Assembly: GCA_977862235.1 (NCBI GenBank)
Contig: OZ374566.1
Coordinates: forward strand, 434,001-498,000
Direction of reading: 5' to 3'
DNA: 64,000 nt
Origin: Dudresnaya verticillata
Lineage: Eukaryota
Made by a program: the position numbers and the translations under genes. Each line of letters opens with the position of its first letter. The stretch's first letter is position 1. Shown here piece after piece: positions 44,342 to 55,532 of this stretch. The notes beneath the pieces are model-generated. The model did no database searches. It worked only from the letters and a program-made list of their open reading frames with translations, and had not been told where the DNA came from.

Positions 44342-46012
44342 CTATCGGGGGGTACCAAAAAGAATTGTAACTTCGCCTACCGCAGGGGAAACAGCTGCTA
44401 CAGAATCACCACATACGGAGAGAGTAGTCACTGGAGAAAGCAAAACATGCTCACTCCGGCAGCATGCATTGTTTATGCCCCAAAATCGCAATCGCGGGGC
44501 ACGGGCAATCGCTGCACGCCCAGCAACCTTCGATCCCAGGGCGCCAAACGCATTACTCTCGGCTGTGACAAGAATCTGGCCATCAGTGGAAAGGGCAACT
44601 AACGAGTGCCTCGCATTGTCAAACTGGGATACTTGAGTCGTCCGACCAGGCCAGGTGGCAATGAAGACGCGGTTTGAAGTGGCTACTGCAAAACGCTCCT
44701 TATTGGCGGTGGTAGCGATCTTCCCACCCCCCAGGTGGGGCGATGGAGCACCATGTTCCCCTTCCTCTGTCGCGCTTCGCACACCTGATGTGTACATGCT
44801 GCGAATGTTGATCGTCCGGACAAACTCACCCCGCTTGGCGTTCAGCAGTCGAATAGCATCATACCCATTCCAAATCGCGAACACATCATTTGCCTTTGTA
44901 GCTGCGACTCCAGCAATAGTGGTTATCTCCTCCCAACCGACTGAGATCTGAGTAAACGTGTGCACGGATGCGTTCTCCTCCAGATCCCACACGGCAACGC
45001 CTATCGGCTGGAACGAGTTGGCTCCAATAACCCACTTACCATTCGCGACAACCATCTCGGCGCTCTCGCTTAGCGTGAATACGCGTCGACAACCCCCTTT
45101 TTGAATGTTCACAACTCGCACGCGGCCAGTGTCAAATCCGATGAGGGCGTGCCGGTCATCCTCTGATACCGATAGCTCGACCACACTGCCGTTCTCGTAT
45201 GCAAAATTGTCGATCACCGTCCAGCGGAGCTTCCTCCGCTCCTCCAGTACTACCTCAATGCTCACCACGCAGCTTGTTGACGTGACGCCAATGATCAACC
45301 CGCACTTCCCAACTGGGCGACTGGCAAACCGCAGTACTTCCCCAAGCAGGCTTGCATCATCATAGAAAAACGCCGGCCTGTTTCTACCCTCTTGTAGACG
45401 CCTGCCAAACCTTCCAAATGGCATCGGACGGCTCTTCAGAACACCCGGCTGTACGATCAAACCAATGCCTCTCTCAAAACCCACAACGACACACTTCCCC
45501 ATGGTAACCGCAGCTGTGGCTCTTCCCAGCACATCTTCCACATCAATCCTACCTTGAGGCATGCTCATGCGATCCGCATCAACCGGGTCTCCTGAAGTTT
45601 CATAACGGGGAGGGACGTGGATGCAAATTGGGGCGGGTTGCGATCGCTCGGCGAGCAGGCGTGGGGCGCGTGCGAGGTGCTGAGCCGCAGCAACCTGGGC
45701 GCGCCAGTCGCCGGGGACAAGCGCCCATGGGCGCGCTGAGAGCAGCGTAGCGCTGGACTGGCTCGCACGGATGTCCCAGATGAGGCGCCAAAGGCGCTCC
45801 GAGCGCGGCTGCGTCGTCTCCTCGTGCCAAGTTTGACAGACTTGGGCTGCAGCGCAAAGAGCATTTGCGCTGGGAAGGTGCCGGAAGATTCTAGCCCATA
45901 GCTCCGCCGGCAGAGATGGGAGGGGCGTGGTGATCGTCGCACATGGGTTTGACGACGGCTGCGGCCGTGGCTGTGGCTGTGGCTGCGGTTCAGGGGCTGC
46001 CAGCCCCGGCAT
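44342..46012 (-). CDS. F-box protein with beta-propeller (WD40-like) C-terminus
   Basis: F-box LPSLPAELWARIFRHL..AAQVCQTW..LWR followed by beta-rich repeats (IGFDTGRVRVVN, VAVWDL, LRFWG). ATG 46012 preferred; an in-frame ATG also exists at 46213. Confidence 0.85.
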   Translation of the reverse strand: MPGLAAPEPQPQPQPRPQPSSNPCATITTPLPSLPAELWARIFRHLPSANALCAAAQVCQTWHEETTQPRSERLWRLIWDIRASQSSATLLSARPWALVPGDWRAQVAAAQHLARAPRLLAERSQPAPICIHVPPRYETSGDPVDADRMSMPQGRIDVEDVLGRATAAVTMGKCVVVGFERGIGLIVQPGVLKSRPMPFGRFGRRLQEGRNRPAFFYDDASLLGEVLRFASRPVGKCGLIIGVTSTSCVVSIEVVLEERRKLRWTVIDNFAYENGSVVELSVSEDDRHALIGFDTGRVRVVNIQKGGCRRVFTLSESAEMVVANGKWVIGANSFQPIGVAVWDLEENASVHTFTQISVGWEEITTIAGVAATKANDVFAIWNGYDAIRLLNAKRGEFVRTINIRSMYTSGVRSATEEGEHGAPSPHLGGGKIATTANKERFAVATSNRVFIATWPGRTTQVSQFDNARHSLVALSTDGQILVTAESNAFGALGSKVAGRAAIARAPRLRFWGINNACCRSEHVLLSPVTTLSVCGDSVAAVSPAVGEVTILFGTPR

Positions 46013-46598
46013 CGTTAGGCGTTGTGTTGGGATTAGTAGCGAGCCAGAGTTGCGGTAGAGCAGGAAGGGAGCACCGAGACTTTTGAAGAGAACAGCGTGG
46101 AGCAAAGGTTGAATTCGGAAATCCAGGTGCACGCAGATTTTACAAGGTGAAGGTATGTTTGAGACAAAATATGGGCAAAACGCAAATGTACAGGGCAGCA
46201 GATAGCAAGACATAGAACACGTAATGTGGCTGCGTCACAGATGCTTGATGAGGTAAGGTGGAAGGCATATCCCTGTGAGGGAGGCGTGGCGAAGATGATA
46301 AGAAGTCAAACCCAGGTACAGCAGCATGCGTGGATGGCAGGCAATGCAGGGGGTCGTTTGGAGCTTAGATTTCCGAAGGGCCACATGGAATATGCACGAC
46401 CTTGTGACACACGAAGCGAAGCAAACCCGTCGACGACATACACAAACAAGCATCTATGCAAAAAGGATAAGCGTGCGCACAGCCCAACCCAGGACGTGAC
46501 GAGCGTCAGCGGGGCAGAGTATGCAACAGAGACGCAGAGCAGGCGACGCAGCCCAGCCCAACGCACATACCGGCCACGGCAAGGGTGGTGGCGGAAGT

Positions 46599-46883
46599 TT
46601 ACTCGGGGACGATCCAGACGTCGCGAAACTCGCGGGTGGCCCTGGCGACGCGCTGGACATGGGTCTGGCGCGGGGCAAGGGTTTGCAGCGGCGGGGCGGG
46701 CGAGACCGGGACGGAGCGCGAAGCGGGGGCGCTGGGGGCGGGAGTGCGCGGCGACGGCGGCACGGACAGGACCGGGTTGAGCGCCAGCATGGGCGAGCGC
46801 AGAAGGTTGGTGGCGCGCGAGTTGGGCGAGGGCGGGGTGAGCGACGACGGCGACAGGTCGAGCGGGGGCGTCTTGTCCGACAT
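46599..46883 (-). CDS. Candidate small Pro/Ser-rich protein or upstream ORF (94 aa)
   Basis: gccgccATG at 46883 after a C-rich leader. Reads MSDKTPPLDLSPSSLTPPSP..REFRDVWIVPE. Confidence 0.45.
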   Translation of the reverse strand: MSDKTPPLDLSPSSLTPPSPNSRATNLLRSPMLALNPVLSVPPSPRTPAPSAPASRSVPVSPAPPLQTLAPRQTHVQRVARATREFRDVWIVPE

Positions 46884-48145
46884 GGCGGCGGGGTGTGGGT
46901 GCAGGCGTGGGGATGTCGGCAACGCCCGGGCGCTGGCAGTGATGTGCGGCGCGGTGCGACTCTCCCAGGCGGTGTGCGCGTCAGGTTGGGCGCGAGGTAG
47001 GGCGGGTGCGTAGGGGAGGGAGCTGGTGGCGGGTGCTCGCGCGCGCGGCGGTGGTGAAATAGGGCCGCGATGAGGCGTGCGGGGGCGCGGAGTGCCGGTG
47101 GGGGGCGAAGCGGGCGGAGCGCGTCGCAGGCGCGTAGGAAGGGCGCTGAGCGGGTTTCGGCGTGCGGGGCGGGGGCGGGAGGGAGCGCGAGAGGGCGCAG
47201 CGGAGGTGGCTGCAACCGGTGGCGGCTGGAGTTTGGCGGTTATTTTCGGGGTGTTTCCGCGGTGCGTGTCGCGGAGCGCGGAGACTGGGCGGATCTGTGG
47301 CACGGGCGCGTGGCGGGTGGAAGGGCGCGTGGTGGCGCGCGAGATTCACGGGCGCGCGCGAAAACATCACGAAAATCCGCGCCGCGCGATTTTTTTGGCG
47401 GCTGCCGCCCGCACGCCGCGCCGCGAGATCGACGCGGCGGCGGCCCTTGCGGAGGCGCCGCGCGCGCGGCCAATCGCCGCCGGGCCCCTTGAGGTGGGGG
47501 CGCGAGCCGAGGCATCGCGCCCCCCCTCAAGCCCCGCACGCGCGATGGAAGGAAGCGATGCCGATCTGCACAGCACCGCACGCGCCCCCGCACAACCGCC
47601 TCGCACCGGCGCCACTCGTTTTGCACCGCGCGTTTGCAGCCGCTGCGGAGAGAAGCCGTGTTGACATGTGCCGCGTGTCGCTGCCGCGGCGTTGGGCACA
47701 TCCGCCGCCGCCTCTCGCGGCCGCGCTCTGCGCGCTCGGTTGCGGCGCGCCGCCGCCCGGTCCTACCGGATATGAGGGCCGTGCCTATTGGGCAACGCAA
47801 TCTTTAACAGCATCTGCAATTTGATCTGCGCCGCACATACCCGCCGCCCGCCCGTGTTTTTCAGTTATTTTTTGATGTCCCTACGGCGCATCTCCCGCGT
47901 GCCTCATCAGCTTTCCAAGGGCGCCAGGCTGTCTCCTCTCTCGGATCACGCGCTTTCGACTTCACAGCATCGCCGCGCCGGCCCACCACGAACTGCAAGC
48001 TCTGCCCTCGCGCGCAACGCCAACCCCCCCGCGAAGCGAAAGCTCGCCAGCCCCGCCCTGTCCCTTCAACTCGCCTGGCCACCCCCTCCACTGACCGCGC
48101 CCACCCTCGACAACACCCCACCCTCCACAGTCCCCACCCCTCACC

Positions 48146-51100
48146 ATGCAACCCGCAAGCCCCGTCCTCACCATCCACTACCGCCGCGCAGACAACGATC
48201 TCTCCGACTACGCCCTACATCTGGCTCCATTCGCCACCGCCGCCCCAACCCACAGCCTCCACCAAGTATCACCCGACGCCCGCTCGTCGTTCGGCGCCGT
48301 CTTCCGCCTGCCGCTGCTGCTGCTGCCCTACCGTTCCATATCAATCCGCGCCCACCACCCCTCCCCGCGCGCCCCGCCCACCGCCGCCTTCCGCCCGTTC
48401 ACGCTGCCGACCGCAGCTTCCACGCACATCTTCCTCCTCGAAGGGCACCCGCACCCTCGTCCTTCCCCGACAGACTTCCCCCTCCACGCCTCGCACCTTC
48501 CCCGCCTGCTCCCGCTCACCCTCCCGGCCTCCGCCGCCTCTGCGCCCTGGCTCCTGCTCACCGCCTCGTCTGGTACCGCAGAGATCTTCCCGCCTACCCC
48601 GCCATGTCGCGTACCTGGCCCGGTCCTCTTCCTGCTCGACCAAGCACAGCTGCCGGGCGGTTCCCGTTTGCATATTACCCCCGTGGACGCGCATGACGAC
48701 GCCGTCACCACTTCGTCGCTCGAAGAGACATCCCCGTCGCTCACTCTCCCGCAGTCTCTCCCACAAACCATCGCCCGCACGTCGCCGGACGACCAGCATA
48801 TCATCACCACAGAAGAGCGCCCAATTCCGCTAGTTGACCTCGTCGCCGCGCAGTCAGACGCATGCGAGTTGCTATCTCGTCTGGAGGTCTGCGAGGTACC
48901 TTCTCCGTGCTCCGTCGTCCCACCGCCCGAGGATGCCAGACCTCATAGCTCGAGGCCAGCTCTGCCGACGCTCACAGTCACATGCAAGATGCTCCCAACC
49001 GTGCCTCCGCCGGAGGTTATTTCCGTTGTTGTCGCCGCGACCTCTCTCTCACTGCTGGTCAAGAAACTTCCGTCGACGGATTCTGCATCTGCGACATTCT
49101 CCATTGATGTGTCGGCAGTGCAGGAGGAAGTTCTGGCAGCAGGGCTTCGCATTGGGACATATCCAACGTCACCAGAGGTCCATACCTGGACACCTCCGCT
49201 TGGTCTGCACGTATGCATCCTGCAAACATACCCATCCCCATTACCACTCTCAAAGGCGGAAATAGTCATCTTCTATCACCGCTACGGCGCTTTCGCGGAC
49301 TGGAGTGATTGGGAGCTGCACATTTGGACGGATGCATCCTCAACGTACCCAGGGCATTCCACGATGGTAACTCCCGAGCGCCCGCTTAGGGATGGTGTAG
49401 TGCGCTTTGATCTATCCGAGCTTGTATTCCCGCGTGGTGCAATTGTCCACGCGGAGCCAGTCAAGATGAAGGACCATCCTGCCCGGACAGGGACAAACGA
49501 GCTAGGCGAAGAATTTCTCATTGAAGGATATAGAGACGCTATTCAGCGAGACGTCGTACGGACTTGGAAGGCTTCTGAGGACCTGAGTGGGATGCTGCAT
49601 ATTGTACACGGAAACAAGAAGGTCATGCGGCAAGCACCGCTGGCAGCGCGGATGGAACAGACACGTTGGTTCCGACTGCGGTATCGAAGGTACTTGCCTG
49701 GTGATTACGCTGGCTGGGACTTATGGACATGGGATCATGTTGACCCAGACTCTAATCGCATTGCAGTCGCACCTGTGCCTGGTTCCGAACAGCGTGCATG
49801 GGTTGATTTCATTATCGACCGTGAAAAGTATGGGTCTTCTGCAGTGATATCTTTTGTTCCAAGGCGTGGCGGGGATGCATGGAAAGACCGCGACGAACCA
49901 GTACGGACATGGACTCCAGATCTCTTTCAAAACATGTCCGTCGGATTGGAGCTCGACGTACCGACAGGAGAGTCATCAGCTTCTGCATCAACTGGGCAGG
50001 CGCCGGTGCATGGGACTGAGCGACAACAGATTTGTACTTTTCTGATTGCGCAGGGAACACCTCACATCTTTTGCAAGCTGGAGGAAGCGAGGCGTATGCT
50101 CGTCGCGTACGTGAGAGATGAGAGCTCGGTTGTTGTACGGGCTCCTGTGCCGGTCAGTTGGTTATCTCCACCCAAGCGTGGCCGACCACAGGCTATTGCT
50201 GCAACCGAGGTGAAGCTTTGTGACCACAGAGCCACAAGTCTTCTAGAAGAAGCAGGCGATTTTGAAGACGTTCCCGGTAACTTGCTACATTTTCGAAAAG
50301 TGCAAGAGGTCTCGCCCACGGAATCCAGGTTGGTATTTGACAAAACGATTGCACAATTCCACGAAGACTTCCAGGTTGAAAGGCTTTTGTTGAAGGTTCC
50401 AGGGTTCAACGTAAGCACTGTGTCATGGAAGATGCATGAAGACTGGGACATGTACCTCTATGAGGGCTCACTCGGCTGGGAATATGAGCCTTCCAGGTGC
50501 TCGTTTAGATGCTTCGCGCCCACGGCAGATCTCGTTAATTTAGTCCTCTACAACTCTCCGACTGGTAAAGAGGGGCGTCGAGTTATTCCCATGCGCCGAA
50601 TACCACAAGGTTGCTGGAAGGTTATTGTCCATGAAGACCTTAAAGGCAAGTACTATAAGTTGCTTGCCAACGGCGAGAACAAGCGTCTGTTTCCAGGCGT
50701 CGAAGTTATTGATCCATACTCGCGTTGTAACACAGGCCACACGGGCCGCGGTTTCATTTTTGGAACCGAACATACACAGATCCATCCTCGTCCGAACATT
50801 CAACCCCACGAAACAATCGTCTACGAGTTGCATATTCGGGATGTTACTGTTGACGAGAACAGTGGTATTTTGCATCGAGGTAAGTTCATGGGTCTCACGG
50901 AAAGAGGTACAACTCTGCCAAGTGCTTGTGAACGCTCTGATAAGCGGCCCTTGACCGCCTTCAACCAAGAACCTATGCCCGGAGTGGACGAAGAAATGCA
51001 AGAGCTGAACAAGCTCTCCACTGCTTTAGATCACATAGTGCAGATGGGTGTCAATACGATTCAGATCTTGCCAATACAAGACTTCGATAATGATGAAACA

Positions 51101-52870
51101 GACCATTCTTCGTACAAGTGGGGGTATATGCCCGTTCATTTCAATTGTCCGGACGGGTGGTATGCCTCTTCGACAACATCTGTGGCCAGGGTGACGGAGT
51201 TTAAAAAGTTGGTTGATGCTGTGCATGGTGCTGGACTGAAGGTAATCATGGATGTCGTCTACAACCATACCGCGGAAGATAGCAATGAGTTCAATCTTGA
51301 CGCAAGATTTTCTTTTAATGGTCTGGCTCCTCGGTACTACTACAGAACGTGCGGAAATACTCCGGTGGCCCATACTGGAGAAAGCACATGTGGAATGAGA
51401 AAGCCAGAGGAGCCCCGATGTGGTGAATGCTATTCAAATGGTTCAGGTTGCGGTAATGAGTTCAGAAGCGAGTCCCCGATGGGTCGTAAGTTTATCCTAG
51501 ACTCGCTAAAGTTCTGGGCTACGGAATACTGCGTCGATGGGTTTCGTTTCGACCTACTTGGCCTCATTGATGTAGATACTTTAGAGCAAGCAGCGTCTGA
51601 ACTGCGTGCAATTGATTCAAGGATTATGATCTATGGCGAACCATGGAGTGGGGGCCTCTCTCCCATCAAGATAACCGACAAAGGAACACAGCGCTCAAAG
51701 GGATTCGGGGTCTTCAACAACAGTTTTCGAGATGCAATCAGGGGATCCCCATTTGGAGCTGAAGAAACATTTGTCATGGATGGCGGGAGACTCACCGAAG
51801 TTAAAAGTGGTATTGTCGGCTCTGTGGATGATTTCTGCGACAGTCCGTTGGAAACCATTAACTATGTCGAATGCCATGACAACTATACGTTGTGGGATCA
51901 TATGCGTTTCTATATTCGATCAAGAACTGATGAAATTATCTTTACCGAAAACGATATGAGGCGAATGAACCGGCTCGCTGCCACAATTGTCCTCACTTCG
52001 CAAGGCATTCCATTTGTGCAAGCTGGCCAAGAAATGTGTCGAACAAAGTTCGATGTTGAAAACTCATATGAGTCCCCAGATCAGATAAACATGGTCAGAT
52101 GGAATATGAAGCAATCGGAGTGGTCAACAGTACAATACTATCGTGGGCTAATCTTATTACGGCGGTCTCATCCAGAGATATTTTGCAAACAGACTGCGGA
52201 AGAAGTACGAAAGTCGTTGATATTCTATGAAGACCTTGGCCTTGCAGTTCCAGAGCGTTGTATTGCCTATCGTGTGCTAGGAGATCCTAACAAACTCAAA
52301 GCTCGCCTGAAACGTACTCTTCCAGATGCCGACGAATTAGTTTTGTCAGAAGAATCCTCAAAGTGGTCTGCGGTTGTGGTTCTTTTGAATCCGACTCCTG
52401 CTGAAGTGAGCTTTGAGCTACCCGGAAAGGAAGAGGATGCGATCTGGATCCAGATAGTTGACTCAGTATCGGCAGGTACCAGGTCTTTACAGGAACCTCT
52501 TATTGGGTATGTGGCTGTTCAAGGGCGATCAGCTTGCTTGCTAAGAAGAGCTTCGCAAGTTGAAGAAGGAGAGCTACAATTGGCACGGCGCTTGGCATCA
52601 GTGTCTGACAGCTATTCTAGTTTCCATGGGGATGATCCTTTGTCGAACTACGCTGTGGGCCTTCATAAGGAAATGGATCCTGAAGAGCGTGAGCAGAGAA
52701 GAAACCTTGTAGTTCGACGTCAGCAGTTTGAGAAGCATCGCGTTATCACCGACCGTCAAGGGATATTTGTTCCCTCACAAAAAATAACAGAGACGAAAGC
52801 TATTGAGACTTTGGATACACTGCATGGAAAGAACGATAGCAAACCGATGCATCCGAACTCAGATAGTTAA
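48146..52870 (+). CDS. Type I pullulanase (GH13) with about three N-terminal CBM41-like modules; no transit peptide
   Basis: IVYELHIRD, YKWGYMP, MDVVYNHT, catalytic DGFRFDLLG / YGEPW / YVECHDN and QGIPF..GQE. CBM41-like starts LTIHYRRADND, IFYHRYGAFADWSDWELHIW and LRYRRYLPGDYAGWDLWTW. Confidence 0.93.
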   Translation: MQPASPVLTIHYRRADNDLSDYALHLAPFATAAPTHSLHQVSPDARSSFGAVFRLPLLLLPYRSISIRAHHPSPRAPPTAAFRPFTLPTAASTHIFLLEGHPHPRPSPTDFPLHASHLPRLLPLTLPASAASAPWLLLTASSGTAEIFPPTPPCRVPGPVLFLLDQAQLPGGSRLHITPVDAHDDAVTTSSLEETSPSLTLPQSLPQTIARTSPDDQHIITTEERPIPLVDLVAAQSDACELLSRLEVCEVPSPCSVVPPPEDARPHSSRPALPTLTVTCKMLPTVPPPEVISVVVAATSLSLLVKKLPSTDSASATFSIDVSAVQEEVLAAGLRIGTYPTSPEVHTWTPPLGLHVCILQTYPSPLPLSKAEIVIFYHRYGAFADWSDWELHIWTDASSTYPGHSTMVTPERPLRDGVVRFDLSELVFPRGAIVHAEPVKMKDHPARTGTNELGEEFLIEGYRDAIQRDVVRTWKASEDLSGMLHIVHGNKKVMRQAPLAARMEQTRWFRLRYRRYLPGDYAGWDLWTWDHVDPDSNRIAVAPVPGSEQRAWVDFIIDREKYGSSAVISFVPRRGGDAWKDRDEPVRTWTPDLFQNMSVGLELDVPTGESSASASTGQAPVHGTERQQICTFLIAQGTPHIFCKLEEARRMLVAYVRDESSVVVRAPVPVSWLSPPKRGRPQAIAATEVKLCDHRATSLLEEAGDFEDVPGNLLHFRKVQEVSPTESRLVFDKTIAQFHEDFQVERLLLKVPGFNVSTVSWKMHEDWDMYLYEGSLGWEYEPSRCSFRCFAPTADLVNLVLYNSPTGKEGRRVIPMRRIPQGCWKVIVHEDLKGKYYKLLANGENKRLFPGVEVIDPYSRCNTGHTGRGFIFGTEHTQIHPRPNIQPHETIVYELHIRDVTVDENSGILHRGKFMGLTERGTTLPSACERSDKRPLTAFNQEPMPGVDEEMQELNKLSTALDHIVQMGVNTIQILPIQDFDNDETDHSSYKWGYMPVHFNCPDGWYASSTTSVARVTEFKKLVDAVHGAGLKVIMDVVYNHTAEDSNEFNLDARFSFNGLAPRYYYRTCGNTPVAHTGESTCGMRKPEEPRCGECYSNGSGCGNEFRSESPMGRKFILDSLKFWATEYCVDGFRFDLLGLIDVDTLEQAASELRAIDSRIMIYGEPWSGGLSPIKITDKGTQRSKGFGVFNNSFRDAIRGSPFGAEETFVMDGGRLTEVKSGIVGSVDDFCDSPLETINYVECHDNYTLWDHMRFYIRSRTDEIIFTENDMRRMNRLAATIVLTSQGIPFVQAGQEMCRTKFDVENSYESPDQINMVRWNMKQSEWSTVQYYRGLILLRRSHPEIFCKQTAEEVRKSLIFYEDLGLAVPERCIAYRVLGDPNKLKARLKRTLPDADELVLSEESSKWSAVVVLLNPTPAEVSFELPGKEEDAIWIQIVDSVSAGTRSLQEPLIGYVAVQGRSACLLRRASQVEEGELQLARRLASVSDSYSSFHGDDPLSNYAVGLHKEMDPEEREQRRNLVVRRQQFEKHRVITDRQGIFVPSQKITETKAIETLDTLHGKNDSKPMHPNSDS

Positions 52871-53096
52871 GGCGTCTTGGAATGCAGGTCATATCCGATG
52901 AGAGGATAAGGCGAAACTATAGGTTTGAAGCGTCGACTTCTCCACGCACATTACGTACCAACTGAGTAGCCCGTAGCAGCATTGCGGATGCGTAAAGTAT
53001 TGTAGGGCTCGTTCCTTTGTACAATATGTTTACTTTGTACTTTCAGAACTCGTAAAACACCTCTTATCGTGAAATGCAACGTACATTCCAGCAATG

Positions 53097-54557
53097 TTAC
53101 TCCTCTTCCTTCTTTGGCACCAAGGTGATCTTCGCTGTCTCCTTGAGGTACTTAAGCACCAAATCCCGTTCCAACTGAGCTTCTACTTGATCACGAATGC
53201 GTTCTTCCTCCATTTCTTGACCCTTCAATTCGGCACGCACAAGCGCAATCTGATCTTCCACCTCCTGCGGATCGATAGTGAGGTTCTTATCCTTTGCAAT
53301 TCTACTGACGGCAAAGTTCACTTTCAGATTCTTCTCCACATTCCCTCTCGCTCTACCTTTGTACAATTCATAGTTCTCCTTCGTAACCATAGCCTTCACT
53401 TGGTCGTCAGTCATTCCATTGTCCTTAAAAGAGGTCAGCATAGTGGCAAACTTATTCTTCACCTGATTCTCCACTAGGGATTCAGGTAGGTCGACCTCAA
53501 CAATAGATGCCAGCTTGTCATCAATTCCAGTATTGATATTCTTTTCCTGTGCTTGCTCTGTTTCAACTCCAAGGCGTGCTCGAATAGTTGCTCGGAACTC
53601 TTCCATGGTCTTATCTTCGCTCACTTTCTGCGCGAACTCGTCGTCTAGCTCCGGCAGAACAACGTCCTTGACCGCGTGACATGTCACTTCAAAGACAGCC
53701 TTAACTCCTGCCAGCTCTGGCCGAGGATTGGCCTCTGGGAACGACACATTCACATCTCTGGTCTCGTTGACGGCAACGCCAATTAAGCCTTCAACGAACC
53801 CTGGCATGTACTGTCCCTCTGACATCTTGATTTCGATTGACTGTCCGTCGGCGATGTCTGGAAGCTTGTCACCCTTTGATCCGTCATCGTTGCGGTAATA
53901 GCCGACAAGATCTGCAGCCAAACTCTGACCAAGACTCGCCTTAGTGCCCTCCGGAGCCAGAACTGAAAACGCTTCCTTCTTCTGAAGATCCACCAAGGCC
54001 TCATCAACGAGGGTATCCTCGAACGCCGCTTCCTCAGCTTCTACTTCCAGGGCATCGTACGGAGCCGTGAAATTCGCCTCCGGCCATACATCGATCTTCA
54101 CTTTGAAATCCAATGGAGACTTGGGATCGAATTTGGCAATGACATCTTGAACGCCACCATCGGCGTCAACCTGTGCCTGTCCAATGGCATTAATGCCGCC
54201 ATCCTTGAGAGCTTTCTGGATGGACTTCTCAATGACTTCCTCGCAGGCACTGGCTGCAATGGTTTCCTTTCCATAACGGTTAATCACGAGCTGCTTTGGG
54301 GCCCGGCCTTTACGAAACCCACTGATGGTAGAATTCTTCATGAGCTCCTTCACGACGGAGTCCCAAGCCGCCGTGCACTCCTCCTTGCCAACGGATATTT
54401 CCAGGCTCATCTGGCTATTCGGCAGAGGAGCAGTTTTCACAGAAAGGCCCATTCGGGGACGATAGACACGTGCAGGCGCCCGGGCACACACAGCCTTAGT
54501 CTGAAGCTGGCGCCCCATCCAGGGGCTGGCGCTCCCGGTGAAGCCCAGAGGAGACAT
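53097..54557 (-). CDS. tig: Trigger factor, plastid
   Basis: Ribosome-binding signature GFRKGRAP, FKBP-like YMPGFVEGLIG, LPELDDEFA and VDLPESLV. Transit peptide from ATG 54557 (MSPLGF..RPRM). Confidence 0.95.
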   Translation of the reverse strand: MSPLGFTGSASPWMGRQLQTKAVCARAPARVYRPRMGLSVKTAPLPNSQMSLEISVGKEECTAAWDSVVKELMKNSTISGFRKGRAPKQLVINRYGKETIAASACEEVIEKSIQKALKDGGINAIGQAQVDADGGVQDVIAKFDPKSPLDFKVKIDVWPEANFTAPYDALEVEAEEAAFEDTLVDEALVDLQKKEAFSVLAPEGTKASLGQSLAADLVGYYRNDDGSKGDKLPDIADGQSIEIKMSEGQYMPGFVEGLIGVAVNETRDVNVSFPEANPRPELAGVKAVFEVTCHAVKDVVLPELDDEFAQKVSEDKTMEEFRATIRARLGVETEQAQEKNINTGIDDKLASIVEVDLPESLVENQVKNKFATMLTSFKDNGMTDDQVKAMVTKENYELYKGRARGNVEKNLKVNFAVSRIAKDKNLTIDPQEVEDQIALVRAELKGQEMEEERIRDQVEAQLERDLVLKYLKETAKITLVPKKEEE

Positions 54558-55140
54558 GGTGAGTTTGATCGGAAGTTGGGACACAAGTGGCGAATACGAC
54601 TGCTGGGTCGAAGGGTAGCGAGCTGTGACGACTTGCGGTCGGTGCTCGGGAGTCAACGGCGACGAGCATACCCGTACCGAAATGCTCGAGCTCAAATGTC
54701 GGCCTCAAGAGAGAAAAGACGGGAGATACAATCAAAGAGATCAGACAGTACAGTACAGGCATGCGCCGAGTGATTAGATCTTTGAGGAAATTTTTTTGAC
54801 CCGGACTCGGAGTTAAATTGGACCGATCGGCCAGAAGAGGCTACTGCGTAGCCCCGCCGGCCAGGCGACCCAGTGCTAAAACTCGATTCGCTTTGCCCAC
54901 GTCGTGCGCGTGCTCACTGCCTCTTGTCGCGCAATCAAAACATGTGGAACCACATTTCGCAACACTCCCCGACTGCTCGGCCGGTTATGCTTTCGAAGCA
55001 TCCAGCCCCACCGTGCCGAGCATCCAGTACTCCGCCTGAACAGAGATAGCAAAAGCTATTTTCCGGGCAGGACTGAGCGACGGAAGCGTCTGCAAGCCTT
55101 CGGCAGAAAATGCTGCAGCGGTAAGACGGAAGACTCACGC

Positions 55141-55434
55141 ATGTTGCGGGCGAATTGGGCGATCCGTCGCTGCTCCACTGAGATGCGGACACTGCTGCCT
55201 GTGAAGGAAGTCGCCCCTCCTATGATGTTACCATCTTCTACCAAGTCGACGGGGATACCTGTCAAGCGCCGGCCGCCAAGAATGCCGGAAGAGTATGAAT
55301 GCTGTGGCAACGGCTGCGACTCCTGCGTCTGGGACACCTACTTCACCGCGCAAGCAGCCTACCAGAAATGGAAGCGTTCGCAACCTAGTGCACCTGGGAA
55401 AGGTGATAATGAAGCTCCGGAACCAACTGCTTAA
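55141..55434 (+). CDS. Oxidoreductase-like domain protein (OXLD1-like), probably mitochondrial
   Basis: PP.MPEEYECCGNGCDSCVWDTY motif and MLRANWAIRR presequence-like start at ATG 55141. Confidence 0.85.
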   Translation: MLRANWAIRRCSTEMRTLLPVKEVAPPMMLPSSTKSTGIPVKRRPPRMPEEYECCGNGCDSCVWDTYFTAQAAYQKWKRSQPSAPGKGDNEAPEPTA

Positions 55435-55532
55435 CTGCTGCCTTGACGGCATTTCTATATCATATTAAACAAAACTTCTTCTACTCTGGCTGCTAACCAG
55501 ACCAGGCTTCGTTGCGCGGACGTGGACTATTA

